64,000 nucleotides of DNA from Cyanobacteria bacterium P01_A01_bin.123 (GTDB lineage: Bacteria > Cyanobacteriota > Cyanobacteriia > Phormidesmidales > Phormidesmidaceae). Position numbers and translations under genes: made by a program. Shown here piece after piece: positions 50,596-60,369 of the stretch. Positions within the stretch are counted from its first letter, which is position 1, and every line of letters begins with the position of its first letter. The notes below the pieces were generated by a model that was not told the DNA's origin, made no database searches, and worked only from the letters and a program-made list of their open reading frames with translations. The DNA is taken from positions 1 to 64,000 of the forward strand of contig JBCBZT010000005.1 of the NCBI GenBank assembly GCA_039815185.1. Direction: 5' to 3'.

Positions 50596-52263
50596 TTAGG
50601 ATGAAGGGCGCTGCCAGATTTGAATCTGAGCATCCTGTGAATCGGCGTCACCCGTGATGCCGATGATGTGCTGACCCGCTGGGCTAGCCCAAAGATCACG
50701 CATCAATTCAGTCTCTAGGATGGCTTCTAGCTCACCTGTCTGCAGATTCCAAATTTTGAGACCTGTGGCAGTGCTGGCAATCACGCTATCTTGGTTGACC
50801 GCAATGCGATCGCGGTAACCCCAACTCTCCCGATTCTCAGACAGTAAGATATTAGCCTTTAGATCACCCGTGGCTAAGTCCCAGATTTTGAGATGGTTTT
50901 TCGGCTGAGTGTAAGACGTGGTCACCACAGTTTGACCATCGGGGCTGAGATAGGCCGCGTTCACATGGGTAAACCACTGGTGGGGGAGCACGGTTTGCTG
51001 CTGGGTGAACAAATTCCAAGCCATCAGTTTGTTGTTCAGTTCCACCAAAGCCGTGCTGCCATCGGCACTGATATCGAAGATCCGGAGCGGGGCGGGGCCA
51101 GATTCAAGGGTAACGGGACCGATCTCAATCGGTGCTTTCTCCTCGGGCAAGGTTGCTTTCAGTTCTCCCGTGGTTCGATCCCAAAGTTTGATTTCACGGT
51201 ATCCCCCGCTGACAATTGTGTTGCCATCGGCTGAAACTTCCACTAGGCCAACGTTTTGACTGGTATGCCCCTGGAGCATTTGGGGCGGTTGATCGGTGGT
51301 TAGATCCCAAATGCGCACCATGCGATCGCCGCCGCCACTCACAATAGTTTGGCCATCAGGGGCGATCGCCAAACCCGTTACCACCCCAGAATCACTTTGG
51401 CGCGTTTGCTGTAATTCGCCCGTTTGCAAATCCCAGACTTTAATCGCCTTGTCTCGCCCCCCGCTGACCAAAGTGGTGTTGTCGGGGCTGAGCGCGATCG
51501 CGGTGACGGTAGGATGCTCCGTCAACGTGTGGGTCAGCGAAAAACTACAGTAAGGCGATGGAGACGATTGTTGATCACAGCGCTTGATCTGTTGGGCCTG
51601 GCTTAAACCCTCAGGTGCATTGACGCGTTGATGGTGATTAACAAACCAAATCAGCTGGGCTGCAAAAATGATAGCCAATCCAATCCGCCACAACTTCTGC
51701 CACCCAAACCGCTTGGGCGTAGGCGGTACTAGGGGATTGCCTTGAATGATTTGAATCAGTTCACGCTGACTGCGATTGGCCTCGAACCAAAACGCGCCCC
51801 AGAATATCGAGAATACAATGAGGGGTGCGAGTAAGAATAAACCAATTTCAGGTATGACACCCCCAGAGAACAATCCTGACAGGAAGATAGGGAGGGAAAT
51901 GCCATACCAGAACGAGAGCCAACAAACCAAAAAGACAATAACGACTGGATGCAAACTCAGCGTGATGTGCACCACTGTGCCTCCGGGTGAGGGCTCAAAT
52001 CGTCCGCGGATATTGGGCAAGAAGGAGTTGCGATAGTGGATAATGCGGCGAATCTTAAAACCAGTGTCAGAAAGGGTTCCCGTATAGGGGGCATGATCAC
52101 GAGAAAGCCCCCATCTGAATTTCGGCGGTTCGATATGGGCATCCAATGCCGCAATCACAGCAGGCAGCGTTTGAACCGTTTGAATCGAAAAGTGATTGTA
52201 AGGAAGCAGTTTCATCATTTGTATGGGGGCAGCATCCGTGACAGTGACGAAGAATTTTGTCAC
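50596..52263 (-). CDS. Membrane-anchored WD40 repeat protein
   Basis: N-terminal TM region; repeats LVSGGRDKAIKVWD and IVSGGGDRMVRIWD; start uncertain. Confidence 0.88.
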   Translation of the reverse strand: MTKFFVTVTDAAPIQMMKLLPYNHFSIQTVQTLPAVIAALDAHIEPPKFRWGLSRDHAPYTGTLSDTGFKIRRIIHYRNSFLPNIRGRFEPSPGGTVVHITLSLHPVVIVFLVCWLSFWYGISLPIFLSGLFSGGVIPEIGLFLLAPLIVFSIFWGAFWFEANRSQRELIQIIQGNPLVPPTPKRFGWQKLWRIGLAIIFAAQLIWFVNHHQRVNAPEGLSQAQQIKRCDQQSSPSPYCSFSLTHTLTEHPTVTAIALSPDNTTLVSGGRDKAIKVWDLQTGELQQTRQSDSGVVTGLAIAPDGQTIVSGGGDRMVRIWDLTTDQPPQMLQGHTSQNVGLVEVSADGNTIVSGGYREIKLWDRTTGELKATLPEEKAPIEIGPVTLESGPAPLRIFDISADGSTALVELNNKLMAWNLFTQQQTVLPHQWFTHVNAAYLSPDGQTVVTTSYTQPKNHLKIWDLATGDLKANILLSENRESWGYRDRIAVNQDSVIASTATGLKIWNLQTGELEAILETELMRDLWASPAGQHIIGITGDADSQDAQIQIWQRPSS

Positions 52264-52423
52264 GTTCCTGATAACTACAGATGAAACCTGAGGTTTTCCT
52301 AGGGAGGCTTTGTCTTCTTAGAGAACAAGCTGTTTAGAGAGCAAACTCGATCTGCCCCGGTCGCCCACAAACCTGTAACGATTGATGGCGACCGGAAAAC
52401 ACTGTCTCGTTAAATCGTCAAAC

Positions 52424-52526
52424 TATAGCGCTGGCCAGATTGCTTAATGCACCGAGTATCGCCAGGATGCACTCCACGAGCAATCTGGCTCGCGGTATCG
52501 CACAAAGCTTTGTGGCCACCGCTACA
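52424..52526 (-). repeat. ~105-bp dispersed element, copy 5 (103 bp)
   Basis: TATAGCGCTGGCCAGATTGC...GTGGCCACCGCTACA. Confidence 0.9.
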
Positions 52527-52536
52527 ACGATGACGT

Positions 52537-55500
52537 CTAACCTGACTGATTGAGATAAGCAGACAAACAGGTAGGGGTTGTTTTAGTCCGCAGCTCGACA
52601 ATCCCGTGAGACAGGGGTGGATCAGAGAACAGCTTTTCTAACTTTTGGCGATCGATTGATCGAGGACGTTCAGCACTTAAGCGTAACAACCCTTTGCAAA
52701 TTAGATCGCTCAGATACGCCCGGTTAGCCGGTGTGGCTAACATCTGCCATTGCGGCTGAAGACGTTGAACCGTCTGCATGAGTTGATAGAGTTCTTCATT
52801 GATCTGATAAGTGGTGAAATAAGGGTTATCGGGCACAAAAAGTTCAATCTTTCGGCCAATGCCATCTATCCCTTCTTCCACACGAAACCGTAATTCTGGT
52901 AAAAGCGAAAGAAAGGATGTTTCGTGAGCGGTCGATTGCAATCGTTTCCGTTGTTGAAAATACTCCCGCACAAACCCATGGATGGGCTGTGTTGGATTAT
53001 GGATGGTTCTACAGAAGTAAGAACTGGTTTGTCCCCCAGGCTGCTGGCTGATCAAGATATAGCCAAAATTAACGGCCCTTAGCCCAGCCTGATGAAAATT
53101 ATCAAGCCATTGCTCAAGTTCACTGTTATACGCCTCAAGGGTTTGAGCAAAGGGAGCATGACTGTGGGGTACCGAAAACAGGATATCGTCACGGTCTGCT
53201 GTGCAGAGAACAAGCTGGTCAGCAGGGCCACCGCCCCACCATTGAGCCAATTTGGTTTCGTAGGTCTTGATATCGACCAGATCAGTGACGATAAAGACAC
53301 ACCCCTCGCTATTGAGATGCGCAGCGCTACCGCGAATGATGGCTGCTAGAATCTCTTCTCCAGTCGTGCCACCATCACGGAAACCAAGATTTTGCTTAGG
53401 GCTAGGCACAAAGGGAGGATTGGCTAAAATCGTGTCAAATTGCTGATCCGCGATCGGCTCATACAAACTTCCCTGGCAAAATTGAATGTTGCGGATATCG
53501 TTTAGCTGGGCGTTAAATCGAGCAAATCGAATTGCCCGTGGGTTGATATCCACTGAGGTGACCTGTTGCGCGTAGCGACTCGCCACCAACCCTTGGATGC
53601 CACCACCGCAACAGAGGTCAAGGACTTGCTTTGCTTGATATCGCGGGGCAGTGTAGACCAAACCCTGACTATCAGCCCCGACGTACATGACTGGATTTTC
53701 AGTGATGGCGTCTTCTGCCAACAGCATGTAGCGGTGATCAGTGGCAATATATAACCCCTCTACACAGAATAGGTCAATGCGTGAAGCCCATTGATCGGCT
53801 CGACAAATGAACACTCCCAACTGAATCAGCAGTTCAACCAGCTGATCACCCAATAATGCGTTAAGCCGTTCTTGGGGTAGCGCAACCCGCAGTAGAAACA
53901 GGCGGATCAGATCGTCAAGATCGCTTTGATCGAGTTTATAGCGATCATAGTAATGTAGATGCGTCGGCTCAATAGCCTGTAAAGCATCCAGGTCTAACCG
54001 CTGACAAATCGTCTCCAGGGTGTAGCCAGCCTGCTGTAGACAAGATCGCAATTGGCCCAACTGGTCTCTCAACGAGAATCGGTCATCCCTGAACGGGGCT
54101 AGGGTTTGGGTGATGCCTGAGGGCAATGGAGAATCTGTTGCTGTTGCGGTGGTAGGTAGGTAGGCCGATTCAACACCATACTGGGTGAATTGTTCTTTGG
54201 CCCAAACTAGCTTTTGTGCCAACTCTGCATGGGTGAGACAACAGTCTAAGCGAATCTTTTCCTGCCAATCTGTTTGGTGTGAGAGCACTGCCATTAGAAG
54301 TTTGACTTCATCAAGACTATAAGCAGCAGCCTGAGCAAGCCCCTGGTTGAGAAATCGACAAGACCGCCTACTATTGACTTTAGCCGTGAGCCTGACCACG
54401 CTACTAAACCCGTGGCTGCTTAAAGGTTTTAGCGCTGTTGCCTCAGGGTTAGCGCGAGTGGCTTGCTTAAGTTCACGGCCTGGCAAAGCTTGAAGCTCTT
54501 TAAACGCAGCATGCCCCTGGGTAGATAAATCCACCAGTGTTGACTTCCCCAGCGGATCGAGCATCCAAACCACATCTTCTGATACTCGCGTTTTGAGGGG
54601 GCCAACAAAGGGCGTTTCGGGAAACAGAACGCTGGTTTCTTTGTAGCGAGCCCCCCGAAAAGAGAGTGACTTTAATTCTGTGTCTGTCCAGGGACAGTTT
54701 TCACGTTCTCCAAAGAACAAGGCGCGATCCAGTTTAGCCATGAGCTCAGTCACCGCCGGCTGGTTAGGTGGCAACCCCTGGGGAATGGGAGTGGGGTTTA
54801 CTTTAGACAAATGTTCTTCATAGTTTTGAACCCGCACATGCCGTTTAGAAATCCAAACGTTTTCAATCGCTAGGTAATCAATATCGGTGTTTAAAAAGGT
54901 TTGAATCGCCTCTGCAGGGGTTTCAACAATGGGCTGTCCAGCGACATTGAAACTTGTATTCAGCAATATCGGTGGGCCTTGGCGCTGTTCTACGAGTCGA
55001 TGACATAGTTGATAAAAGTAAGGGTTGTCATTTGCGGTGACCGTTTGCACACGCCCTGTCCCATCAACATGGGTTACTGCTGGAATCTGATCGCGTAGTT
55101 CCGGCTTAATGGGGGCAACCATGAGCATAAACGGGGAGTCAGCCGTTAACTCGAAAACGTCGGCAACCGACTCCCGGGGGATAACCGGGGCAAAGGGACG
55201 AAAGGCTTCACGGAATTTGACCCGAGCATTCAAAATGTCTCGCATCCGCTGAAAAGTTGGATCAACCATAATAGAGCGATGCCCTAGCGCTCGAGGCCCA
55301 TACTCAGACCCACCCTCAAACCGGGCAACAATATGGCCTTTAGCTAACGCCTGGGCACTCCGATCAAGCATCTCTGCTGGTGTTAACGATTCAAAGTCGA
55401 TTGCCGCTTCAAATTGATGAACTGCTTGCTCAACTTGTGTTGAGCTGTAGGGATGTCCCAGAGTTGCTTGGGTCAGCCGAGGGCGCTTACATCCGCCCTG

Positions 55501-56517
55501 ATGCGCATAGGCCCACAGGGCCGCGCCAGCTGCAATACCACTATCCCCCGCTGCCGGGAAAACAAAAATATCTTCCAACCCTAGATTTTGAAAGAGTTTG
55601 TAGTTGGCGACTGAGTTTAACCCCACGCCACCTGCAATGCAGAGTTTTTTCAGGCCAGTTTGCGCGATCGCGACCTGAATAATATGCTGCAAAGCCTTCT
55701 CAAGCTCGTCTTGAACCTTATAGGCTAAATCAACGAGATAGGGACGGAGGTAAGGCTTGCCTTCGCCAGTATCGTACTTTTTCTCTAGGGCAGCAATTTC
55801 TAAAAAGATATCGTAGGGCGAAATCGAAAGCTCCAAGCTATTTTCTATCGGATTGATCCACGAATGAAAGTTGACCTGCTCACCGCCAAAGGGAGCGAGC
55901 CCCATGAGCTTGCCCGCCTCTGCATGACTAACCTGGGTATTGCCCACTTTGGTTGCAAAGCCAGCTTTGCGGGTGACATATTCGTAGACAAACCCTAACG
56001 TTGATAGCCCAGCCAAATGGGCAGGTACGGTTTCACTGTGAAGCGTTGTCAAAGTTTGCCCATGCCCCTTATACAAGGTGTAGGATTCGGTGCGATGCTC
56101 AACATCGGTGCTGCCTGTCGCATCGGCAACTAATACCAGTGCCTGATCAAATCCAGAGGGCCAATAGGTTGAATAGGCGTGGCCTAGGTGGTGGTTGGGC
56201 AGGGCAATCACCTTGTCAGCGATTTCTGCGGGGAAGACATTGCGCATAATTTCGGGCGCAAAGTCGTACCCTGGCATATTGGCAGTGATCGAAGCAAGCT
56301 CATCCAGGGTAATACCACAACTATCTAAGCAGTACCGAATCGCCTCATGAGGGGGCTGCATTCGAGCGGCAATCCCAGGCGCCTGTAGCATAAAACCAAT
56401 ACTATACTTCTGACGATCTAATCGTTCTTGCTCAATGGCAACGACAATTTTTCCATCTTTGACAAGGGCTGCTGAACGTTCGTGGCCGAGATTAATTCCG
56501 AGATGGTATTGAGACAT
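52537..56517 (-). CDS. NodU/CmcH-type carbamoyltransferase fused to class I SAM methyltransferase
   Basis: LGINLGH..SAAL, HHLGHA, GKLMGLAP, GGVGLN, EYGPRALGHRSI, KFREAFRPFAP, LNTSFN; C-terminal VLDLCCGGG and ILANPPF; ATG 56517 preferred as start. Confidence 0.92.
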   Translation of the reverse strand: MSQYHLGINLGHERSAALVKDGKIVVAIEQERLDRQKYSIGFMLQAPGIAARMQPPHEAIRYCLDSCGITLDELASITANMPGYDFAPEIMRNVFPAEIADKVIALPNHHLGHAYSTYWPSGFDQALVLVADATGSTDVEHRTESYTLYKGHGQTLTTLHSETVPAHLAGLSTLGFVYEYVTRKAGFATKVGNTQVSHAEAGKLMGLAPFGGEQVNFHSWINPIENSLELSISPYDIFLEIAALEKKYDTGEGKPYLRPYLVDLAYKVQDELEKALQHIIQVAIAQTGLKKLCIAGGVGLNSVANYKLFQNLGLEDIFVFPAAGDSGIAAGAALWAYAHQGGCKRPRLTQATLGHPYSSTQVEQAVHQFEAAIDFESLTPAEMLDRSAQALAKGHIVARFEGGSEYGPRALGHRSIMVDPTFQRMRDILNARVKFREAFRPFAPVIPRESVADVFELTADSPFMLMVAPIKPELRDQIPAVTHVDGTGRVQTVTANDNPYFYQLCHRLVEQRQGPPILLNTSFNVAGQPIVETPAEAIQTFLNTDIDYLAIENVWISKRHVRVQNYEEHLSKVNPTPIPQGLPPNQPAVTELMAKLDRALFFGERENCPWTDTELKSLSFRGARYKETSVLFPETPFVGPLKTRVSEDVVWMLDPLGKSTLVDLSTQGHAAFKELQALPGRELKQATRANPEATALKPLSSHGFSSVVRLTAKVNSRRSCRFLNQGLAQAAAYSLDEVKLLMAVLSHQTDWQEKIRLDCCLTHAELAQKLVWAKEQFTQYGVESAYLPTTATATDSPLPSGITQTLAPFRDDRFSLRDQLGQLRSCLQQAGYTLETICQRLDLDALQAIEPTHLHYYDRYKLDQSDLDDLIRLFLLRVALPQERLNALLGDQLVELLIQLGVFICRADQWASRIDLFCVEGLYIATDHRYMLLAEDAITENPVMYVGADSQGLVYTAPRYQAKQVLDLCCGGGIQGLVASRYAQQVTSVDINPRAIRFARFNAQLNDIRNIQFCQGSLYEPIADQQFDTILANPPFVPSPKQNLGFRDGGTTGEEILAAIIRGSAAHLNSEGCVFIVTDLVDIKTYETKLAQWWGGGPADQLVLCTADRDDILFSVPHSHAPFAQTLEAYNSELEQWLDNFHQAGLRAVNFGYILISQQPGGQTSSYFCRTIHNPTQPIHGFVREYFQQRKRLQSTAHETSFLSLLPELRFRVEEGIDGIGRKIELFVPDNPYFTTYQINEELYQLMQTVQRLQPQWQMLATPANRAYLSDLICKGLLRLSAERPRSIDRQKLEKLFSDPPLSHGIVELRTKTTPTCLSAYLNQSG

Positions 56518-57018
56518 TAGGGTAGATAAGGGTAGATGCACTAATCAAAATATGTGAAAAATTCTGGATTTCCTAGGGTAAGGTGAAACCAAAAGTGATC
56601 ATCTGCTTAAGATGGAGCGTTTGAGTCAGGTCAGCATAGACTGTAAGACAGGCACAGCTCTACCGTTGTAAGAAGGCCTGGATTAAGTTGAATTCCAACA
56701 TTCCGACTTCAGATCTCGAGTTCTAGATCTTGAGTTTTAACGTGGAAATAACATCCCAACTCAAACAAACCTCATCCACAGGAACAGCGGTATTATGGGG
56801 CGGTTTTGCTTGTTCTCTGAAATGAGGTGAACTAATAATTAGAGACGATACGGGGGCATTGAACCTAGGCAGTTGAGGGTATTCTAACTGGCGGGTTCTC
56901 TAACGACCATTACTCCCAATGACCCTGGCAATGGGAAAATCAAGGAAGAGAGCTGCAAGGTAGATAGAGCCTATAGTTGTGCCGAGAACGGCCAAGTGGC
57001 AAATTCAGTTTGTCCATT

Positions 57019-57122
57019 TATAGCGCTGGCCAGATTGCTTAATACACCGAGTGTTGCTGGGATGCTCAGCACAACAGCAATCTGGCTCGCAGTAGCCACA
57101 AAGCTTTGTGGCTACTGCCATA
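57019..57122 (-). repeat. ~105-bp dispersed element, copy 6 (104 bp)
   Basis: TATAGCGCTGGCCAGATTGC...GTGGCTACTGCCATA. Confidence 0.92.
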
Positions 57123-57154
57123 CCTAGACCACAATAGACAAAGCGCACCAGCAG

Positions 57155-57982
57155 TTACGCTGCTGATTTCATCACCGGAAACTGAATTTCAGTCACGTAA
57201 TCCGGGTTGTCTTGTTCCGCACCACCTTTGAGATAGAGTTCTCGGTTAGCGCCAACAATCTGATAGCCATGTTCTTCAATCCATTTCACAATTGCCCCAT
57301 AGGCTTGATTGAGGTTGCTGTAAGCGCCCCGGTGAATCACTGATGCCACCAAGTCCAATGCGGGTAAATCGCTAACCTGAACCCGAGCATTTCCCTTGAG
57401 GGCCTTAGGAACCACGACTATGGCTTCTGCATCCACATCTTTCTCCTTATATTCGGGATCATGCCAGATGGCAGCACAGTAGGCCTGCGGCTCCATCTGA
57501 TGCTGCTCCAGATAGGCCATAATCTCATTAAACAGCTGCCCGATTGAGGTATAAGCTGGGATGATTTCTCTAATAGTGGCGACATGATGGATCGGTTCGA
57601 CTGATTTGAGAACCACTTCGTAATTAGGCATTGTTTCTTCCTCTTTGAGGTATTTCAAGTGAGCATCGACAATGGCCAAGCGGTGTTGTGCCTCTATCAG
57701 TTGTCCTTGGAGTTCTACTTGCTTAAGTTGCAACATGGCCTGTATCTGACTCAGCGACAGGTTGTTGTTGAGTAATTGACCAATTTGCTCTAGCGATAAC
57801 CCCATTGCCTTGAGGGCAAGAATGTGGTGCAAACGGGATAATTGCTCAACTTTGTAATAGCGGTAACCCGTATCGACATCGACCTGGGCTGGCTTTAGCA
57901 AGTTACGTTGGTCATATAGCCTCAGGGCTTTGATAGAAACTTGCCCCAAGCGTGAAAAGGCGCTGATTTTGTAGAGGCTCAT
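57155..57982 (-). CDS. MerR family regulator with GyrI-like effector domain (BltR/BmrR-like)
   Basis: VSIKALRLYD...LLKP..VD..TGYRYY; C-terminal HRGAY, RELYL, TEIQFPV. Confidence 0.92.
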   Translation of the reverse strand: MSLYKISAFSRLGQVSIKALRLYDQRNLLKPAQVDVDTGYRYYKVEQLSRLHHILALKAMGLSLEQIGQLLNNNLSLSQIQAMLQLKQVELQGQLIEAQHRLAIVDAHLKYLKEEETMPNYEVVLKSVEPIHHVATIREIIPAYTSIGQLFNEIMAYLEQHQMEPQAYCAAIWHDPEYKEKDVDAEAIVVVPKALKGNARVQVSDLPALDLVASVIHRGAYSNLNQAYGAIVKWIEEHGYQIVGANRELYLKGGAEQDNPDYVTEIQFPVMKSAA

Positions 57983-58008
57983 AACGCTGTGACACCATCA
58001 ACGATTTG

Positions 58009-58039
58009 AGTAAACACCCTGCCCCAAGGGTAAAGTCAA
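58009..58039 (-). promoter_or_regulatory. MerR-type promoter/operator with 19-bp spacer
   Basis: Minus strand: TTGACT-ttacccttggggcagggtg(19)-TTTACT, with an imperfect dyad in the spacer. Confidence 0.55.
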
Positions 58040-58187
58040 GGGAGATGACAACTAAATTGAATATTGTCATGTTGAGTTTGTACCAAAAGACCACGAGTCC
58101 CTCAGTAGCGTAAGCGTGAACCTGCTGCAAGGATTCAGCTCTTGATAGCGAAAACAACGCTGCCAAATTAAGTTCTGAACATCTTTT

Positions 58188-58775
58188 TTAGACTGCCAAC
58201 TCCTGATGGCGAAAGCAATCTGTGGTGTGGTCATTGACTAAACCAGTCGCCTGCATAAAGGCGTAGCAGATCGTCGGGCCGACGAACTTGAAACCGCGTT
58301 GCTTTAAATCTTTGCTCATGGCACGAGACTCTGGTGTCTCGGTGGGGACATCAGCCAGGGTAGCCCAAGTATTTTGAATCGGTTGCCCACCGACAAAGCC
58401 CCATAGGTAGGTGGCAAAGCTGCCCTCTCTGGCCTGGAGTTCAAGGAACGCTTCGGCATTTTTCACCGCAGCCTGAATCTTGAGCCGATTACGCACGATG
58501 CCTGCATTTTGCATCAACGCAGCGATTTTTTGATCGCCATAAGCTGCCATCAACTGGGGGTTGAAATTGTCGAAGGCAACCCGATAGTTTTCTCGCTTTT
58601 TGAGAATCGTAATCCAGCTCAAGCCCGCCTGAAATCCGTCAAGCAACAGATGCTGAAACAACAGCTCGTCATCACGAACCGGTATTCCCCATTCGCAATC
58701 GTGATACTGAATGTAGAGTTCATCTTGCCCTACCCAGGCGCAGCGATGGGGCGACGATATAGCCGAATTTGACAT
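58188..58775 (-). CDS. tag: DNA-3-methyladenine glycosylase I
   Basis: RCAW, YHDCEWG, QAGLSW.TILKKR, GFKFVGPT, VNDH...C. Confidence 0.96.
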   Translation of the reverse strand: MSNSAISSPHRCAWVGQDELYIQYHDCEWGIPVRDDELLFQHLLLDGFQAGLSWITILKKRENYRVAFDNFNPQLMAAYGDQKIAALMQNAGIVRNRLKIQAAVKNAEAFLELQAREGSFATYLWGFVGGQPIQNTWATLADVPTETPESRAMSKDLKQRGFKFVGPTICYAFMQATGLVNDHTTDCFRHQELAV

Positions 58776-58838
58776 ACCCCTAGCCTAAGCCCATCAGCGA
58801 TTACCGTTCACTCAAAGTAGCCTTCTGCCTAACCCACC

Positions 58839-59897
58839 CTAACGCGACAGGCGACTTACCCGCCAGCCGGTATAGCTCAACAGAGCTGTCGCGCCCATAG
58901 CATAGGCCCATCCACTGGGAATGTCTGCAAAGGCCAAGGCCAAACTGCCTACCCATAGGGTAAGCGCATAGATAAACAAGACCGTCCAACGGTGGGAAAG
59001 CCCTGCTTTGAGGAGGCGGTGGTGCAGGTGGCGCTTATCGGCAGCAAAAGGCGATAGCCCACAGCGCAGACGATCGAAAATGACCGCCGACATATCCAAA
59101 AGCGGGACTGCCAGGATGATGTAAGGCAAGAAAACCGCAGCCGTCGTCACGCTTTTTACTAAGCCAATAACACCAACGCCAGCTAGGGTAAACCCCATAA
59201 AGTAGGCACCCCCATCCCCCATGAAAATTTGAGCCGGGTTGAAGTTGTAGCGCAGAAACCCCAATGCCCCGCCCGCTAAGGCAGCGGCAATTAATGCGGC
59301 TGCAGGCTGGTTCATAAACAGACTCACCACCAGCATAATCACTGCGGCGATGCCAGAGACCCCAGCGGCTAGCCCATCTAAACCGTCAATCCAGTTAATA
59401 GCATTGGCCATACCTACCAACCAAATAATGGTGACGGGTAAACTCACCCACATGGGTAAGGAGACTAATCCGTGCAGCGGGATAGATAGAAAATCAATAC
59501 TGACCCCTACTTTCCAGGCTAAGCCAGCCACAACCGCTTGCATAAATAACCGACTAATGGCGGACAAACTAAACAGGTCGTCTAACAGCCCAATTAAGAA
59601 AAAGGCGAGGCCACCTAAGGTCACGCCCCAAATCTGATATTCCGCAACGGGGGGCAGATGTTGGCCATCTGCTCCAATGAACCCCCCGCTCCCCCAAACA
59701 ATGAGTAGCGCTAATAGGGTGCCTAGGAAAATTGAAATGCCGCCCAGGCGAACCATAGGTTGTTTATGAACTTTGCGTCCTCCTGGCAGATCAAATCGGC
59801 CACTCTTGAGTCCAATCTTTTTGATCAGGGGAGTTGTCAGCAGAACCACAATGGCAGAAACGGCAAAGGCAAGGACGTGATACAGGTTAGAAGGCAT
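58839..59897 (-). CDS. MraY/WecA family undecaprenyl-phosphate GlcNAc-1-phosphate transferase
   Basis: GLLDD, NAINWIDGLDGLA, NFNPAQIFMGDGG, HLHHRL. Confidence 0.93.
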   Translation of the reverse strand: MPSNLYHVLAFAVSAIVVLLTTPLIKKIGLKSGRFDLPGGRKVHKQPMVRLGGISIFLGTLLALLIVWGSGGFIGADGQHLPPVAEYQIWGVTLGGLAFFLIGLLDDLFSLSAISRLFMQAVVAGLAWKVGVSIDFLSIPLHGLVSLPMWVSLPVTIIWLVGMANAINWIDGLDGLAAGVSGIAAVIMLVVSLFMNQPAAALIAAALAGGALGFLRYNFNPAQIFMGDGGAYFMGFTLAGVGVIGLVKSVTTAAVFLPYIILAVPLLDMSAVIFDRLRCGLSPFAADKRHLHHRLLKAGLSHRWTVLFIYALTLWVGSLALAFADIPSGWAYAMGATALLSYTGWRVSRLSR

Positions 59898-60369
59898 CTG
59901 GGCTTAAAAAATAAAGTTCAAAGGATAGAGGGATAAGCAACGGATGCACTAAGACAGAACTCGCATGGGATACGGTCGTCGTAGCAGGGTTTAGCTAGAT
60001 GCATTGCCCAAATTCAGAACGGTTAGCTATTCCATGGAATAGCGTCCTGTTTTGCATTGAGCTTAAGTTAAATTGGCACTTTGGGGTACGATAGCGCCGC
60101 TAATTTTGAAACTTAATATGTCAAATTCAAAAAACCCACGCAGATTATGACAGATTCCTAACCCAATGCAACAGGTTAATCTCTATCAAATCGTCATGGG
60201 TTGTAGACTTAACTCAATTTAAAGCCCAACTTTGCTGCCGTTCACAGAGGGCTGAGGCTAGCGGATATGTCAGCCAATCCTGCGATTAATAGGCGGAGAG
60301 ACCCAACACTATGGGTGACTTCCCGCCGTAATCTGAAGCCCTGAAGCGGAATCTATGCAGCTAGCTGTT

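Noticed and set aside
52410..52601. 63-aa ORF as a RiPP precursor for the carbamoyltransferase
   Set aside because: It is largely a translation of repeat copy 5 and overlaps the enzyme's 3' end
328..57122. The 105-bp repeats read as a CRISPR array
   Set aside because: The copies are dispersed kilobases apart, too long and have no spacers; no cas genes are present
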